From the NCBI RefSeq assembly GCF_009914755.1, contig NC_060932.1: 64,000 nucleotides of DNA; one strand, 5' to 3'. The notes below the pieces were generated by a model, which was not told where the DNA came from, made no database searches, and saw only the letters and a list, made by a program, of their open reading frames with translations. The position numbers were made by a program, and so were the translations under genes. The DNA comes from the human T2T-CHM13v2.0 reference genome, Homo sapiens. This document shows positions 46,240 to 59,293 of the stretch, piece after piece; position 1 is the first letter of the stretch, and every line of letters begins with the position of its first letter.

Positions 46240-47700
46240 AGTTTATTTATTGTCTTCAAACTTTATTAAGAACTTACTCTGTGGTAATCCCTGTTCTGTA
46301 CACTGGAGATACAAAGGTTAAAATAAGGTCACAGAACACAGGTAATTTAGCTTATATTGGGTTCTATGGACATTTGTCAAGTAAAGACTTCAAATAATTT
46401 TTGAAAATAATAAGTGATAAAAGAAAAACAAACAAACAAAAAAAAACGGTCACAGGAGAGACTTTGAAGGGCTTATTTTAGGTTAAGGTATGCATGTCCA
46501 AGAGGAAAAGATCATATGAAGTTTTGCAGGGAATAGTCACCCAGCAGAAAAAAATCATCCAGTGCAAAGGCCTTGGTGAAGTGTACCAGGGTAAAATTTA
46601 TTAAGGAAACTCCGGAAGAAAAGTACACTTGAGGGAAAATCAAGACTCCAATTTTGATCATGTTACATTTCAAATCCCTATTAGACCTCCAAATGGAGTT
46701 GTCAATTAAATAGTTGGGTGTGAAGCTATAGGGAAAAATTAAGAGTAGAGATTTGGAAAAGTTTAGAATGGAGATTCGTGAAGGGAAATTACCTGTTGAA
46801 AGAAAAAAAGATAAAACTTTAGGAGCAATCTTGTGATCGCGCCAACATTTGCTGCTTAGACAGATGATAAGAACTCCGTAAAAGGAATTTGTGAATATAT
46901 ATTGAATTGAAATGTACATGGGATTTGTTTTAATCAGATAAGACACATAGACACAGAAATGACTGTCATGAAGAAGGAAGTTTTTGTACTCACAGATCCC
47001 TAGAAACAGGAGGCATAGCCTGCCATGCTGGGCCACGCACTAGGATTGGTTAGAAGGCAAAAGGAGTAGAGGGAAACATAGGCAAACATCTTTGTATGGT
47101 TTTAAGAGGAAGAAATGGTCAAGGCAGCGTAAATAGTCATAAGATTGGTGAGTTTGAAACTTTTTTGTGAGCTCAGGGGTTGTCCCCAGTTGTCTGGTAT
47201 TTGACCCTGAGTGATTAGGGCAGGGGAATATAAATCTGAAATGTTAGAGCCCTGTGGGAACCTAATAAAGGAAGTGGTTGTGGTTTACGGGCTTTGGATT
47301 CTAAGAATTTGCTAATCCTGGTAGGGGCAGTCTCTCCCAGATCACAAAAGGTCAACAATGTCAAAGTATCAGAAAAGAAACGGAAAATAGAAAACATGAT
47401 TAATACATATTGGCTGTAAAGTTAGAAGAAAATAAGTAAAGTGTGATTTTACAGCAAACAAGAAAGTTATAAAAAAGAAGAAATTGTTCCCCATGTCAAA
47501 AATGGCTTTGAGTAGGGAAAGTTGAGAGGAGAGGGGCCATTGACATTGACAACACGAATGTCCCAATGACCTTCGAGACAAATTTTAAAGGAGTTGTGGG
47601 ACTGAAGCATATCAAAATGAGTTGAGGACACAATGGGCTGAGGAGCGGTGGTGAATAATTTGACACAGAATTTTGGTAAGAGGAGAACACAAAGAAATGG
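46240..47700 (-). mobile_element. L2 fragments, interrupted by a MER76-like LTR
   Basis: TTTATTAAGAACTTACTCTGTG...CACTGGAGATACA, ATTTTGATCATGTTACATTTCAAATCCCTATTAGAC and CCATTGACATTGACAACA. Confidence 0.65.
46905..47410 (-). mobile_element. MER76-like ERVL LTR
   Basis: ATGACTGTCATGAAGAAGGAAG...TACTCACAGATCCCTAGAAACAGGAGGCA matches recalled antisense MER76. Boundaries are approximate. Confidence 0.65.
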
Positions 47701-48127
47701 TGTATAAGATCACCTAGTTTTCCTTTACTGTCTAGGCCTCAAATTTTGCCTGGTGACTTCCATTTCAGAGACTCTTGGTTTTGTCAAAAGAATGTTGAAT
47801 GCTAAACCCACACCCAGCCCTCTTTGCTCTCTCAGCTCCCAGAACACTGAGAGCCAGAGCAGCACAGTTGAGGTAGGATATAAGAGTCTTCTAGCCCAAT
47901 AAAGATATTGGCATTTGGGGTTTCCAACAACTGGCCCTGTCAGATGATCTTCCAGTGAAGGGTAAATTGACAAGTCACACTACACATCCACAGCCTCCAA
48001 ACTGGATTTAGTTCTCCACCTTTATGAGTACACAGCCAAGTACTACCTGTCATCTAAGAAACAATACTATAATGGTTAAGACGGTAGATTTTAGATCTAT
48101 ACTGCTTGGATTAAAATCACAGCTTTA

Positions 48128-48446
<319 letters not shown>

Positions 48447-48755
48447 TCACAGCTTTACAATTTACTATATGGGTACCTTAGGCAAGTTGGTTAATCTATT
48501 TACACCTAATTGTTCTCATCTCTAAAATAAAGACAATAAAACTTCCTACCTCATAAAGTTGTGTGAAGTTATTGAGCAAATAGAAAAGTTCTTGATAAGC
48601 CTTAGGTCAACATCAACAATTAATATTGTTACTGTTTTATTAGTAAGATAGGAAGGAAACAGAAAGAAATAGAAGAAATTTAGAGAAAAAAGGAGAAAAA
48701 ATAAAAGATGCTGAAGGAGAAAATTTTGAAAGCAAGGAGGGAAGGAAGTCATCAG

Positions 48756-49622
48756 TGAAAACTATGAGAGTCGTCAGAATCAAAATGGAGTCACTAGTGT
48801 TAAAACAACAACACCAAAATCTTGACAAATAGAGCCAGGGAAAGCTATGAAGAGAAGATTGTTATGCTTGCTTGCCTGATAACAAAAACTATCACAAAAT
48901 GCACGGCAAACAGTACAACCTTGCACAAAGGCCATCACAATCTTACACAAATATACTTCTGCAAGGACATTTATCTATCCAACAACTGCCTGTCCAACCT
49001 CAGACTGCCATCGCCTTTATTATTGATTTTTGAAAATTGAATTACTGAGACCTGGAGCAAGATGGAGGAATAGAAGACTCCACCAATTATCACCCCACAA
49101 GGACACCACCGATTTAACAACTATCTACACACTAAAAAGGATATTCCAATGAAGCTCCGGGTGGCTCAGGGCAAAGAGAGAGAGAGACTTTGGGAGAAAG
49201 TAAGGAAAGAGAACAACAGTCTCTGCCTGGTAATCCAGATAATTTTTCCAGGGCTTGTTCATGACCATCAAGGCAGTACCTCTATGAGTCTGCAAGAACC
49301 ACAGTGATACTAGGCTTGCAGTTCCCCCTAAAGCAGATACAGCTTATCCCACAACACCCAAGTCCTTTAGAATACTGGAAAGCCTCCCCACCAAGGATGG
49401 GTACAAACAAGCACCTTTGTTATTGATTTTTGTAACCAAGGATAATTATTTCAAAACAATTATTTAATCATCCTCATTTTTTTCTTTAACGTTTTTTGTC
49501 TTCCTTTCTCTGGCTGAGTACTTGCATAGTTTACGATGGCATACGTACTCCAATTGCAATGCTCTGTCCCAAATAAGTATCTTTTTCTTTCAGACAACCT
49601 CTTTCTGTTATTTAGGTTGACA
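48756..49622 (+). mobile_element. ERV1 (MER4-group, MER34/LTR48-like) solo LTR, split by an L1 5'UTR insert
   Basis: GTCAGAATCAAAATGGAGTCACT...TGACAAATAGAGCC at the start and GTTATTTAGGTTGACA at the end. The exact family is uncertain. Confidence 0.65.
49033..49413 (+). mobile_element. L1M1/L1M2-type 5'UTR-only insert
   Basis: GCAAGATGGAGGAATAGAAG...TTTAACAACTATCTACAC (L1M 5' start) joined to CTCTGCCTGGTAATCCAG...GGGTACAAACAAGC (late 5'UTR). Flanked by 19-bp direct repeats at 49014-49032 and 49414-49432. Confidence 0.75.
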
Positions 49623-50121
49623 ACACATACCAAATAATTTCCTAGATAGAGAGGGCTTGAATTTCCAGAAGAAAAAAAATCTGAGTTCCCAGCACAAAGG
49701 ACAAAATAGACACACATATTATAGTATTTTAGTAGAAGAATTGTCATTTGCACATGAAAAACTAAATTTTAAAGTGTACATTTTATAATTGAAACTTCAC
49801 AAATGAGAGAGGACTTTAACCAAAAAAAGCAGTAGCTTCATAGCAAGGCTGTAGTGAGTACAAATAGTTAGTAGGGAGCAAATGAAGGTGGACCCCAGAT
49901 TTCTACACTTATTGTTTATTCCAGAAGGAGGGGGCTCACCTTGAATGGTTGCTTTTAGAAGCGAGATAGTGATGACCAGGGTGCAAGTTTATAGGTGAGA
50001 AAGTATGTGCAAAAAGTACCAAAGGGAGGGCACTGATAAAATTTGACCATGGGAAAAATCTGCAGATGGACAAGCAACTTTTTATGCACACTTAAAGTAA
50101 AGAGATAGTTTTGTTGAGCAG

Positions 50122-50196
50122 AGTGCTACTCAGGGTTCCCCAGAGACAAAACCAATAGGAGGTGTGTGTGTATGTGTGTGTATTTACATTTATATT

Positions 50197-50230
<34 letters not shown>

Positions 50231-50244
50231 GGGAGAGAGAGGGA

Positions 50245-50290
<46 letters not shown>

Positions 50291-50628
50291 AAGGAATTGG
50301 CCCATGAGATTATGACTGGCAAGTCCAAAATCCGTAGGATAGGACAACAGGCTGAAGACTCAGGGAAGAGCCAAAGTTGTGATTCAAGTCTGAAGGCCAT
50401 CTGCTGGCAGTTTTTTCTTGCCTGGGGGTGAAGAGAAGTCAGACCTCATTCTATTAAGGATTTCGACTGATTTGTTGTGGCCCACCCATATTCTGGAGGG
50501 CAATCTCCCATACTCAAAGTCCACCTATTTAAGTGTTAATCTCTTCCAAAAAACACCTTCATCCTGAATAAGTTTTGATCCAATATCTGGTACCATGTTT
50601 TAGCCAAGTTGACACATGAATCATCACA
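50122..50628 (-). mobile_element. MLT2-family (ERVL) LTR containing (CA)n(GA)n microsatellites
   Basis: CAGGGTTCCCCAGAGACAAAACCAATAGG...AAGGAATTGGCCCATG...GCCAAGTTGACACA. Confidence 0.88.
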
Positions 50629-50928
50629 CGTATTAAATCATTGCTGAAAAAGGCAAGAGGCCCTAACTTGTTCTCATAGCTTCTTACCTGAAGATCGTAA
50701 CTTTTATAGACTTTTGTATCTCCTTTGCCTGAATCTCATTGCTCTGTACTTCATTACGGCTTGTATACTAGGCATCTAACATGGTAGTCAATGAACAGTA
50801 GTTGCTCAATAATATAGTATCTAGAATTAATCTGAAAATTAATCAATTATTTTCATTAATTGACCATGCATACCCTAACTACACTTCCTATAGGATGTGT
50901 AGTAAATTCTCAATATGAAAGATTATTT

Positions 50929-51557
50929 GTGTGAACCCAAAATATCTGAGACAGGTCTCAACCAATTTAGAAAGTTTATTTTTGCCAAGGTTAAGGATGC
51001 ACTCGTGACATGCCTCAGGAGGTCCTGATGACATGTGTCCAAGGTAGTCGGGGTACAACTTGCTTCTATACATTTTAGGGAGACATGAGACACCAATCAA
51101 TATGTGTAAAATGTATATTGGTTCAGTCCAGTAAGGTGGGACAACTCGAAGCAGGGCTTCCAAGTCATAGGTAGATAAGAGACAAAAGATTGCATTATTT
51201 TGAGTCCTTGATCAGCTTTTCCCTGAATACACAATTGAGTCTGGCTCAATGAACCAGTATTTTTACATAAACAACAGGGCAGAGGAAGCTATCAGATATG
51301 CATTTGTCTCAAGCGAGCAGAGGGATGACTTTCTATCCCACACCTGTGATGACAAGCTATTAGTTTACATTGCCATGGTGAAATTCAACAGAAGTGTTTT
51401 AAGGTAAAGATCGTGAGGTCCAGATGGAAATTCCTTGTGGGCAAATTGTGAGGGAGGTTATGTAACTCTTTTACCTTTTTAGCTGTCTTATTTAGGAATT
51501 AAAATGGAAGGCAGGCTCCCAGCTCGACTTTTCCCATGGCTTAGTGATTTTGGGGTA
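50929..51557 (-). mobile_element. MER4A-like ERV1 LTR, truncated at its right end
   Basis: TGTGAACCCAAAATATCTGAGACAGGTCTCA...CCTCAGGAGGTCCTGATGACATGTG. Confidence 0.88.
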
Positions 51558-51563
51558 CACACA

Positions 51564-51569
51564 CTACTG

Positions 51570-51609
<40 letters not shown>

Positions 51610-51611
51610 CA
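51564..51611. repeat. (CTA)n(CCA)n microsatellite
   Basis: About 12 CTA-type units followed by 4 CCA. Confidence 0.9.
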
Positions 51612-51817
51612 AGAGATATACAATTATATGCATCAGGAATTACTAACAACACACAGCTTCTCTCATTTACCCTACACAGCTTAAAAACTAATGATAACGT
51701 TTGAATTAACTGTCAAGTTTTTTAAAATGAAAGCTTTCATAAGAGGATCTGTACCTCAGCCTTCTTTTGAAAAACTGGAAGATCTATTAAGATCAACACC
51801 AGGGTGCACATGACTAC

Positions 51818-52320
51818 TGTATTAAATTTATGTTACTGTCATAACATTACCACAAATTCAGTGCCATAGCAGAATACAATGTATTATCCTACATTTCTGC
51901 AGGTTGGAAGTCTGAATGGTTCTCAATGGAGACCCATAAGGTATTGCAGGCTTCATTCTGTTCTGTAGGCACCAGGGAAGAAGCCCATTTCTTGTTTTCT
52001 TCCAGCTTCTAGAGACTGCTTGCATTCCTTTCTCTTTCCACCTTCAAAGCCAACCATAGGCTCTGGAGTCTCGCTTACATTGCATCATTGTGACACTGAC
52101 ACTTCTGCCTTCCTTTTCCACATTTAAGAGCCCTTATATTTATGTTGGGCTCACCTAGATAATACAGGATAACATCTTTATTTTAAAATTAGTTGATTGC
52201 TAACCTTATTTCCATCTACTACTATAATTCTCCTTTGCCGTGTCATACAATATATTCACAGGTTCTGGGAATTAGGATATGTCATCTTTAGGGGCCATTA
52301 TTCAATCTATCAAAGCCACA
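51818..52320 (-). mobile_element. MLT1C/D-like MaLR LTR
   Basis: TGTATT...CATAACATTACCACAAA...TTCCAGCTTCTAGAG...ATTCACAGGTTCTGGGAATTAGGA. Confidence 0.82.
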
Positions 52321-55300
52321 ATGTCATGGAGACAAGGAGTAGTAGCCACTTTCCAGGCACATCACATGTGATCCACAACCCTTCCCACTCCTTTCCACTC
52401 ATTTACAGGTTACTTACTTGGTCTTCATGGGCATCTGAGGTTGTGATTCCTGCTATACGCATGCATGTGCTGTGAAACACAAAGGCTTGTCTTTTAGAAC
52501 CTAGTCTCATACTCAAGTTCCATGAGCCCAGGGAATATGAGAAACTTTGGAGTGACTCTTAGATTTCATTCTGAGACTCCTGGTATTTCTTTTCCCTCTT
52601 CTTATAGACCACAGTGGCAAAATCATTAGATAAGAAAACTAACATTTTTTATTACCCTCCTAGAAACCAGAAACGAAATTACTTATACGTACAGTCACAA
52701 AATTTCAGTTGACTTGAATTAGACTAAAATTGCACTTGCAACTAAAGTACCAAAGATTTAGTTGAAAGGTGAGCAGGGTCTTAGTTGCAAAGACTGAGAA
52801 GGTACCAGTATCAAAGAAATGGGAAATCTTTTGAAATATAAGCCTACCCAGTCATCCAACTGAGAACTCACATAAACAAATTATTTTTGGGGAATTACTA
52901 GAAATGATTTTTGCAGCTAGTATGGAGCTGGATGCAGTTTATGTTCAAAGGATGTTTGTTTAATGAGTAACATTTTGAAACATCTCTTGAAATAATTTGT
53001 AGGGTTTTTTTTTTGTTTTATTCCATCTTGTTTGCTTAAATTGTTTATCTGTTTGTATTACAAAGACAAAAAAAGAGAGCCTTTTTGTGATCCATTGAAT
53101 CCCTGAGAGGAAAAATTATCCATATTCAGACACTTAAGAAGAAAGGGGAGAATAAATAGTAGCTTGTTATATATGACCCTATCCAGGAAGAATACTAACA
53201 CTCTAAGTTTTGCACTTAATTTTGCTGCAGATCAGGCAGCCACATAATTCTCCTAATCTAAGATATGTCCAAATCAGACAGTACAATGTACATGTTCTTT
53301 TCCAATACGATTATGCACAGCAGGGACAGAAGAATACATTGTGGGGCCATTAAACTTAAATTAAAATTACACCTCAGAGTGAAATTTTGCGCTAATGTAC
53401 ATTACGGTACTATAGGCTGGCTTCCTTTCTTCATTGAGTTAAACATGCCCTTGGTTTCATGCTGAAATCTTCTGAGGGGAAAAAAAGCAGATCACAACAT
53501 TCCCATTTTCATCTACTTTGTACAGGATAATAGCCTTGAGATAGAAACATTTTGTGAAGGTACCCCCTGGGTCTCCTGACCCAACTGTTTAGGCTCTAAG
53601 AGGCAAGAGAAGGATTTACAGTCTGCTGTTCAGTCCTTCCTATAAAGGACAAATTATAATGTGATATATTTGAAAAATGTTTTCTCCCATGATGCCTAAT
53701 TACAAAGATGTAATGTAGCCATTGCTGTAAACTTTAAAAAGTTTTATGGAAGTATGTGGATTATTTAAAGTTTCTAAACATATGTTCCAAATTTTCCTTC
53801 TGGGTGATTCAAACTGGAAGCCTGTATGCTTAGTTTCTTTTGAGCCATATTTTATAATGAGATTTAAAATGGTGACTGCAATGTACATAGACCTGCCATA
53901 TATATATTACCTGCATAAATATTATGAATAATTAATATTCCACGTTTTGGAAGATTCAGTCCTTACCTATAGTTATCTAGTATTTCTTCCTCATTTGTCT
54001 TTTGTCTACATATGTACATGGAATAAATAATTTTGGCTGCACAATTTAATGTGATTTCATTTCACAGGAAGTAGACTGTCTATTTGCATGTAGCTTCTTA
54101 TTTGCAAATAAATGTTCTATTGTCCTAGACGAAAATGATCTGAAATAATTTTAGAATTTAACTAATTAAACTTTTCTATAAAAATGATTAAAATCTGACT
54201 TTGTCAGTTCCTCAGCTTGTAAAATCATCACTGAAAAATTTACTTGTATTAAGAGAACTGAAATGATGACTGCTTTCTTGCAAAAATTTTATCGTGTTTT
54301 TCTCTCCTCAGTTAGCTTCTATAAAATTAATTCTATGTGATGAGCCAAAAATGAGAAATAATTAGAATCAATGTTCCTTTGTCTAATAAAAGTATCCAAA
54401 ATTACAATGCTATATGCAAAAAAAGTTTTCAACACATGTAAAACTTTTTGTGAGATAGTAATTTTAAAAAGCGAGCATCCAACCATGACTTTCTCCTTAC
54501 TGCAATTGATTTTCCGCGCTGCCTGCAGAACTAATTTTTAAAAGATGAATATAATATGTCATCCCTCTGCTTTATGACATCAGTGTATCCTCAGATTTTA
54601 CATTGTGGTAAGACAACTTTATGGCAAACCTCAGGGTTTATCAGAAAAGTTTTTTGTGCCTTACTTCCTGTAACTGGATAGGCTTGAAATCATGGACAAT
54701 ATATTACCCAATGAGGACACTTTTGAGAGATAAAGAGGAAATAGTTAACCCCATACTGGGACAACAGGCATAAAATGGAAATGTTTGTTGAAAGTTTACT
54801 AGTCCATTAAATAAAAAAATATATATATATATGAAAAGCAGAAGCTTATTACTTACTTAGTTTTCAACTAATTGTATATACATATGCTCAGCATGAATTT
54901 GTGACTACTTACTCCCTTTGAACCATTCCGCTAGGAGGTGAGACTATAAAGATGAATCGTCAATCCCTGCCTTTGAGACGCAAGGACAAGTACTTGTAAA
55001 CTTGCTGCATTAATGCAATGGCCCACTCACTTTCTTGATACAACTCTCTCAGGAGGCACCATCACATTTCCACTCTGTCTAGCTGCTTTCCTCCTTCTCT
55101 GGCCTTACTAAATTATTAGCCTATGTCTACAGTTTATTTTACAAATACTCTCACACAGTAGGTGTTAAAAATAAATTTCATTTTAGACACAGACTAAAAT
55201 TAAGAAAACATTCAATTATATTTTGTGAGGCATTAGGTAAAATGAAATCACATATGAATATTCCTTGAGGCACAGGGAATTAGAAAATATTATAAGATTT

Positions 55301-55360
55301 ATTTTCTCTTATTTAAACTTGATGCAAGAAATGGGCATCTTATTAAAACTCATCCTATGT

Positions 55361-55400
55361 GGAATGCTTATAATTCATTTGGAATGCTTATAATTCATTT
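55361..55400. repeat. Perfect 20-bp tandem duplication
   Basis: GGAATGCTTATAATTCATTT occurs twice in tandem. Confidence 0.95.
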
Positions 55401-57084
55401 TCAATAATTTTTAAGGAATTTATATAAAAGTAATGTGGTGTTACAGTTGCAGGAAAAAAGTTATATTATGTACACAAAGAGTATTAGAATTTTTTGCCTT
55501 ACTTCCACTCAACGTGTTTTTACAGATATATTTTACCTAATTACAGTTATAATTTTATAAAGCATTTATTCTGTAATTTTTAAAAAAATCTTTCCTTATA
55601 TCATAACAGACATTTATATTTCTACATACTACTCTATTACCACAGTGCTTTCATTATATTCCAGACAGTGGATATGCTTTATTTTATATTTTATATAGTT
55701 ATTTCTCTCTTTCAGGTCGCCTAAATCACTTCTATCTTGCTTTCATGTTATAAACATCAATATGGGGAACTTCTCAGTCACTATTTTATATTAACATTTT
55801 GGATGAGTTCCTTATGAAAGAATACGTTGTTATTAACCTTTTGATTTCTAAACTTTTTTCCCAAGATGATGACACTAAGTTTCATAGTGGTAAGCAATGC
55901 ATAGAACACCAGTTTCAATAACTCAAGTCACAGACATATTATTTTATAATTTTTCTAATACCTTGGGGAAAATGGCACTATATTACTTTATCTTCCTTTA
56001 GTGTTTTCTGAAATGAAATATTTCTCCATACTTTTGGTCCTTTGAATTTCCTCTTTTGAGATTCCTTAATAAATGTTCTTGATTTAAAATAAGTCAAGTA
56101 TAATTTCCCTACTATCTTTTTCATTTACTGGACAGGGAGATATCACTAAGGTTGATCAGGGAATATAAAACATTTTAAAAATGATTATTAATTTATTACA
56201 ATGTGAAAGTATATGTATATTCTTCACTAATAATGTGAAAACATTCAATATTTCCATGAAGATTTTTTTATAAGAGTAAGTTGATTTTTTTCCACTTCCC
56301 AGTAGTAAGATAATACCATTTGTGAGAAAGCTGATTTTTAAATAATTAATTTTGCATTTAACCATTTATTGGGCCTTTTAAAGAAGTTAACTAAAAAGAT
56401 GTTATTTCATATAGTTGGGTCTTACTGAAAAGGTCAATGACCAGGAGGCCTCTTCCAATAGAGAACTTGGAAAAATTATCATTTGGTTAAAGTGGTAATA
56501 AAGGTCTATGGGACACACTGCTAAAACCTCTCCTATGGTAGGAAGATGAGTACCATTAGTGGGAGATAAATAAAAAAGGCCTACCAAATTTCTGCATAAC
56601 AGGCTGCACTAGTGTTTTGATTTTAAATATTACAAAACCATGACTCTGTATTATAAAGCTAACGTGTGCCATTTTGACCTGTCTTTGCCTATCTGGCCTA
56701 CAGTCATCTAAATTCAGCAGCTACCTTAAGTAACATGCTGCTATCAGTTTTCTCACCCATTAAACAAGCAGTCTAGTAGTGGAGTAAGCATTGTTACCAA
56801 CGTGACAAATGACTTTGTTAAGTTCTACAGTGGTGCTGGTGAGTTTGTCTTGCCATATAATGCTCAGGGTGACTGACAGGAAGTGAAGTGACATAGCTCT
56901 CAGATGGTGAGTTTAAGAGTTTCCTCATGGCCATACAAAAGGTTAAATTACTTACTTTGTTTCTATTTCAGAACAGATATAAAATAATATTTATAAAATC
57001 TATTTATTTAATTTGCAAAAAACAGCATCACTTATCACCTGTGTGCCAACCATCCCATTTGAAACACTGAATAATGTCATTATT

Positions 57085-59168
57085 ATTTTTTAAAGACTAT
57101 TTTTTATAGCAGTTTTAGGTTCACATCAGAATTGAAAGGAAGGTACACAAATTTCTCATTTATACTCTGCCCCCACATATGAGTACCTCTCCCATTATAA
57201 ACATCCCCCACCAGTGTGACACATTTGTTACAACTGATGTGCCTACATTTACACAAAAATATCACACAAAGCCCATATTTTACATTACGGTTCATTCTTG
57301 GTGTTGTGTATTCTGTAGGCTTGAATGAACGTATAACGACATGTCTCTACCATTTAAGTATCATATGGACTATTTTCACTGCTCTAAAAATCTTCTGTGC
57401 TTTGCCTATTTATCCCTCCCTTCCCTTCTGACCCCCAGCAACCAAGGATCTTTTTTCTACCACTATAGTTTTATCTTTTCCCGAATGTCATATAGTTGTA
57501 ATCATACAGCCTTTTCAGACTGACTTCTTTCATTTTATAATATGCATTTAAGTTTCCTCCTCTTTTCATGGCTTCATAGCTCATTGCTTTTTAGCACTGA
57601 ATAATATAAGGGAACTTCTAAAAGTTTGTGGAAAAATTAAATTATAAGTTTTTTTGAAAGTATAAACTTTAATTCTCACCATAAGCTCCATCATGTTCAT
57701 CTCTAAAGAACTGAGAGTCCTAGCAGTTAACCATGTTAATGGAGTCCTTTTTACATTATTAAATGAAGAAATATGAGGGCCGTTTAAAGATTTTTTCTAA
57801 GATTAGGAAACAAAAAGAAGTCAGAAGGAGCCAAATAAGGACTGTAAGGTAAATGCCTAATGATTTCCCATAGAAACTCTTGTAAAAGTGTCCTTGCTTA
57901 ATGGTAAGAATGAGCGGGAAATTTGTAGTGAAGAAGTTTCTGGTGAAGCTTTTCAGGTTTTTTCTGCTAAAGCTTTGGCTTTCTCAAAACACTCATAATA
58001 ACAAGATGTTACCACACTTTGGCATCCTAGAAAGTCATCAAGCAAAATGCCTTGAACATCCCCAAATACTGTTGCCATGACCTTTGCTCTTTACTGGTCA
58101 GCTTTTGCTTTGACTGGACCACTTCCACCTCTTGGTAGCCATTGCTTTGATTACATTGTGTCTTCAAGATTGCACAAGTCAAGCCGTGTTTCATCTCCTG
58201 TTACAACTCTTTGAAGAAATACTTCAGGATCTTGATCCCACTGGTTTAATATTTCCATTGAAAGCTCTGCTCTTGTTTGCAGCCGATCTGCAGACAATGG
58301 TTTTGGCACCTATCAAGTGAAAATTTGCTCAACTTTTTCAGTCACAATTGGGTAAGCTGGACCAATTGAGATGTCTATGCTGCTGGCTATTGTTTCTGCT
58401 ATTAGTCATTGGTCCTCTTTAATTATGGCATAAACAGGATGAATTTTTTCCATGCAAATGGTGTGGTCTGCTGCTGCAGGCTCCATTCTCAACATTGTCT
58501 TGTCCCTTCTGAAAGCAAGTTATCCATTTGTAAACCACTGATTTCTCTGGGTTATTTTCTCAACTTTTTGTAAACCATCAATGATTTCAACATTCTTCCA
58601 CCCGAGCTTCACCATAAACTTGATGTTCGTTCTTGCTTCAATTTTAGCAGAATTCATGTTGCTATATGAGCTCTTTTCAAACTAATGTATTAACATTCTT
58701 AGTGCCTCAAACTAAATCCTATTCAGACATATTATAACAAATCACTAATATGTAAGAAATTAAAAATCCATTCAAAGTTTTTCATAACATGCATTTTCCA
58801 TAAACTTTTTGAATTCTCCAGATGTGCCAGAATTTATTTATTCATTCACTTACTGCAGGGCATCTTGGTTGCTTCTAAGTTTTAGAAATTAAGAATAAAG
58901 CTCCTATAAGCACTTATGTGCAGGTGTATGTGTACACGTTAAGTTTTCAACTCCTTTGGGCTGAAGGAGTATGGTTGCTGGATCGTGATGAGAATATATT
59001 TAGTTTTGTAAGAATCGGCCAAAGTGTCTTCCAAAGTGTCTGTACCATTCTGCATTCTCACCACCGATAAATGAGAGTTCCTGTTGCTCCACAGCCTCAC
59101 CAGCATTTGGTGTTGTCAGTGTTCTGGATTTTGGCCCCTCTAATAGGTGTATAGTGGTATCTCATTTG
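57085..59168 (-). mobile_element. L1MC1-like 3' end, split by Hsmar2
   Basis: TAGCAGTTTTAGGTTCACA...CATCCCCCACCAG on the left. It resumes after 58820 with TTCACTTACTGCAGGGCATCTTGGTTGC...GAGAGTTCCTGTTGCTCCAC. Confidence 0.85.
57607..58820 (-). mobile_element. Hsmar2 mariner DNA transposon, near full length, decayed transposase
   Basis: Degenerate terminal inverted repeats (AGGGAACTTCTAAAAGTTTGTGGAAAA and TTTTCCATAAACTTTTTGAATTCTCC). Minus strand encodes the mariner motif PYSP(Y)LAPSDFFLFPNL at about 57795-57850. Confidence 0.88.
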
Positions 59169-59256
59169 TTGTTTATACCATTATTTTTGAAGTTCTCATT
59201 TGACCTTTTCCTATTCTAATTCTTCCTCTCCCTGCCTTTTTCAAGGTAAGCAAAAT

Positions 59257-59293
59257 TCTGCAGTCAAAGGCTCTACCACTGAGCTATATCCCA
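59257..59293 (-). pseudogene. tRNA-Cys(GCA) 5'-half tailless retropseudogene
   Basis: Minus strand GGGATATAGCTCAGTGGTAGAGCCTTTGACTGCAGA versus tRNA-Cys GGGGGTATAGCTCAGTGGTAGAGCATTTGACTGCAGA. It stops just after the anticodon. TSD CAAAATTCTG at 59251-59260 and 59297-59306. Confidence 0.88.

Noticed and set aside
46512-47036. 174-aa minus-strand ORF
   Set aside because: It spans an L2/MER76 junction, has low-information F/L/I/S-rich composition and shows no homology I recognise.
50092-51704. ORFs with SL, CV, ER and poly-L runs
   Set aside because: They are translations of microsatellites.
55700-56975. Isolated acceptor-like sites (TCTCTCTTTCAG at about 55715, TTTCTATTTCAG at about 56971)
   Set aside because: No convincing paired donor or ORF, so an exon cannot be supported.
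59257-59293. Functional tRNA-Cys gene
   Set aside because: Only the 5' half is present. There is no T arm/B box or 3' acceptor strand.
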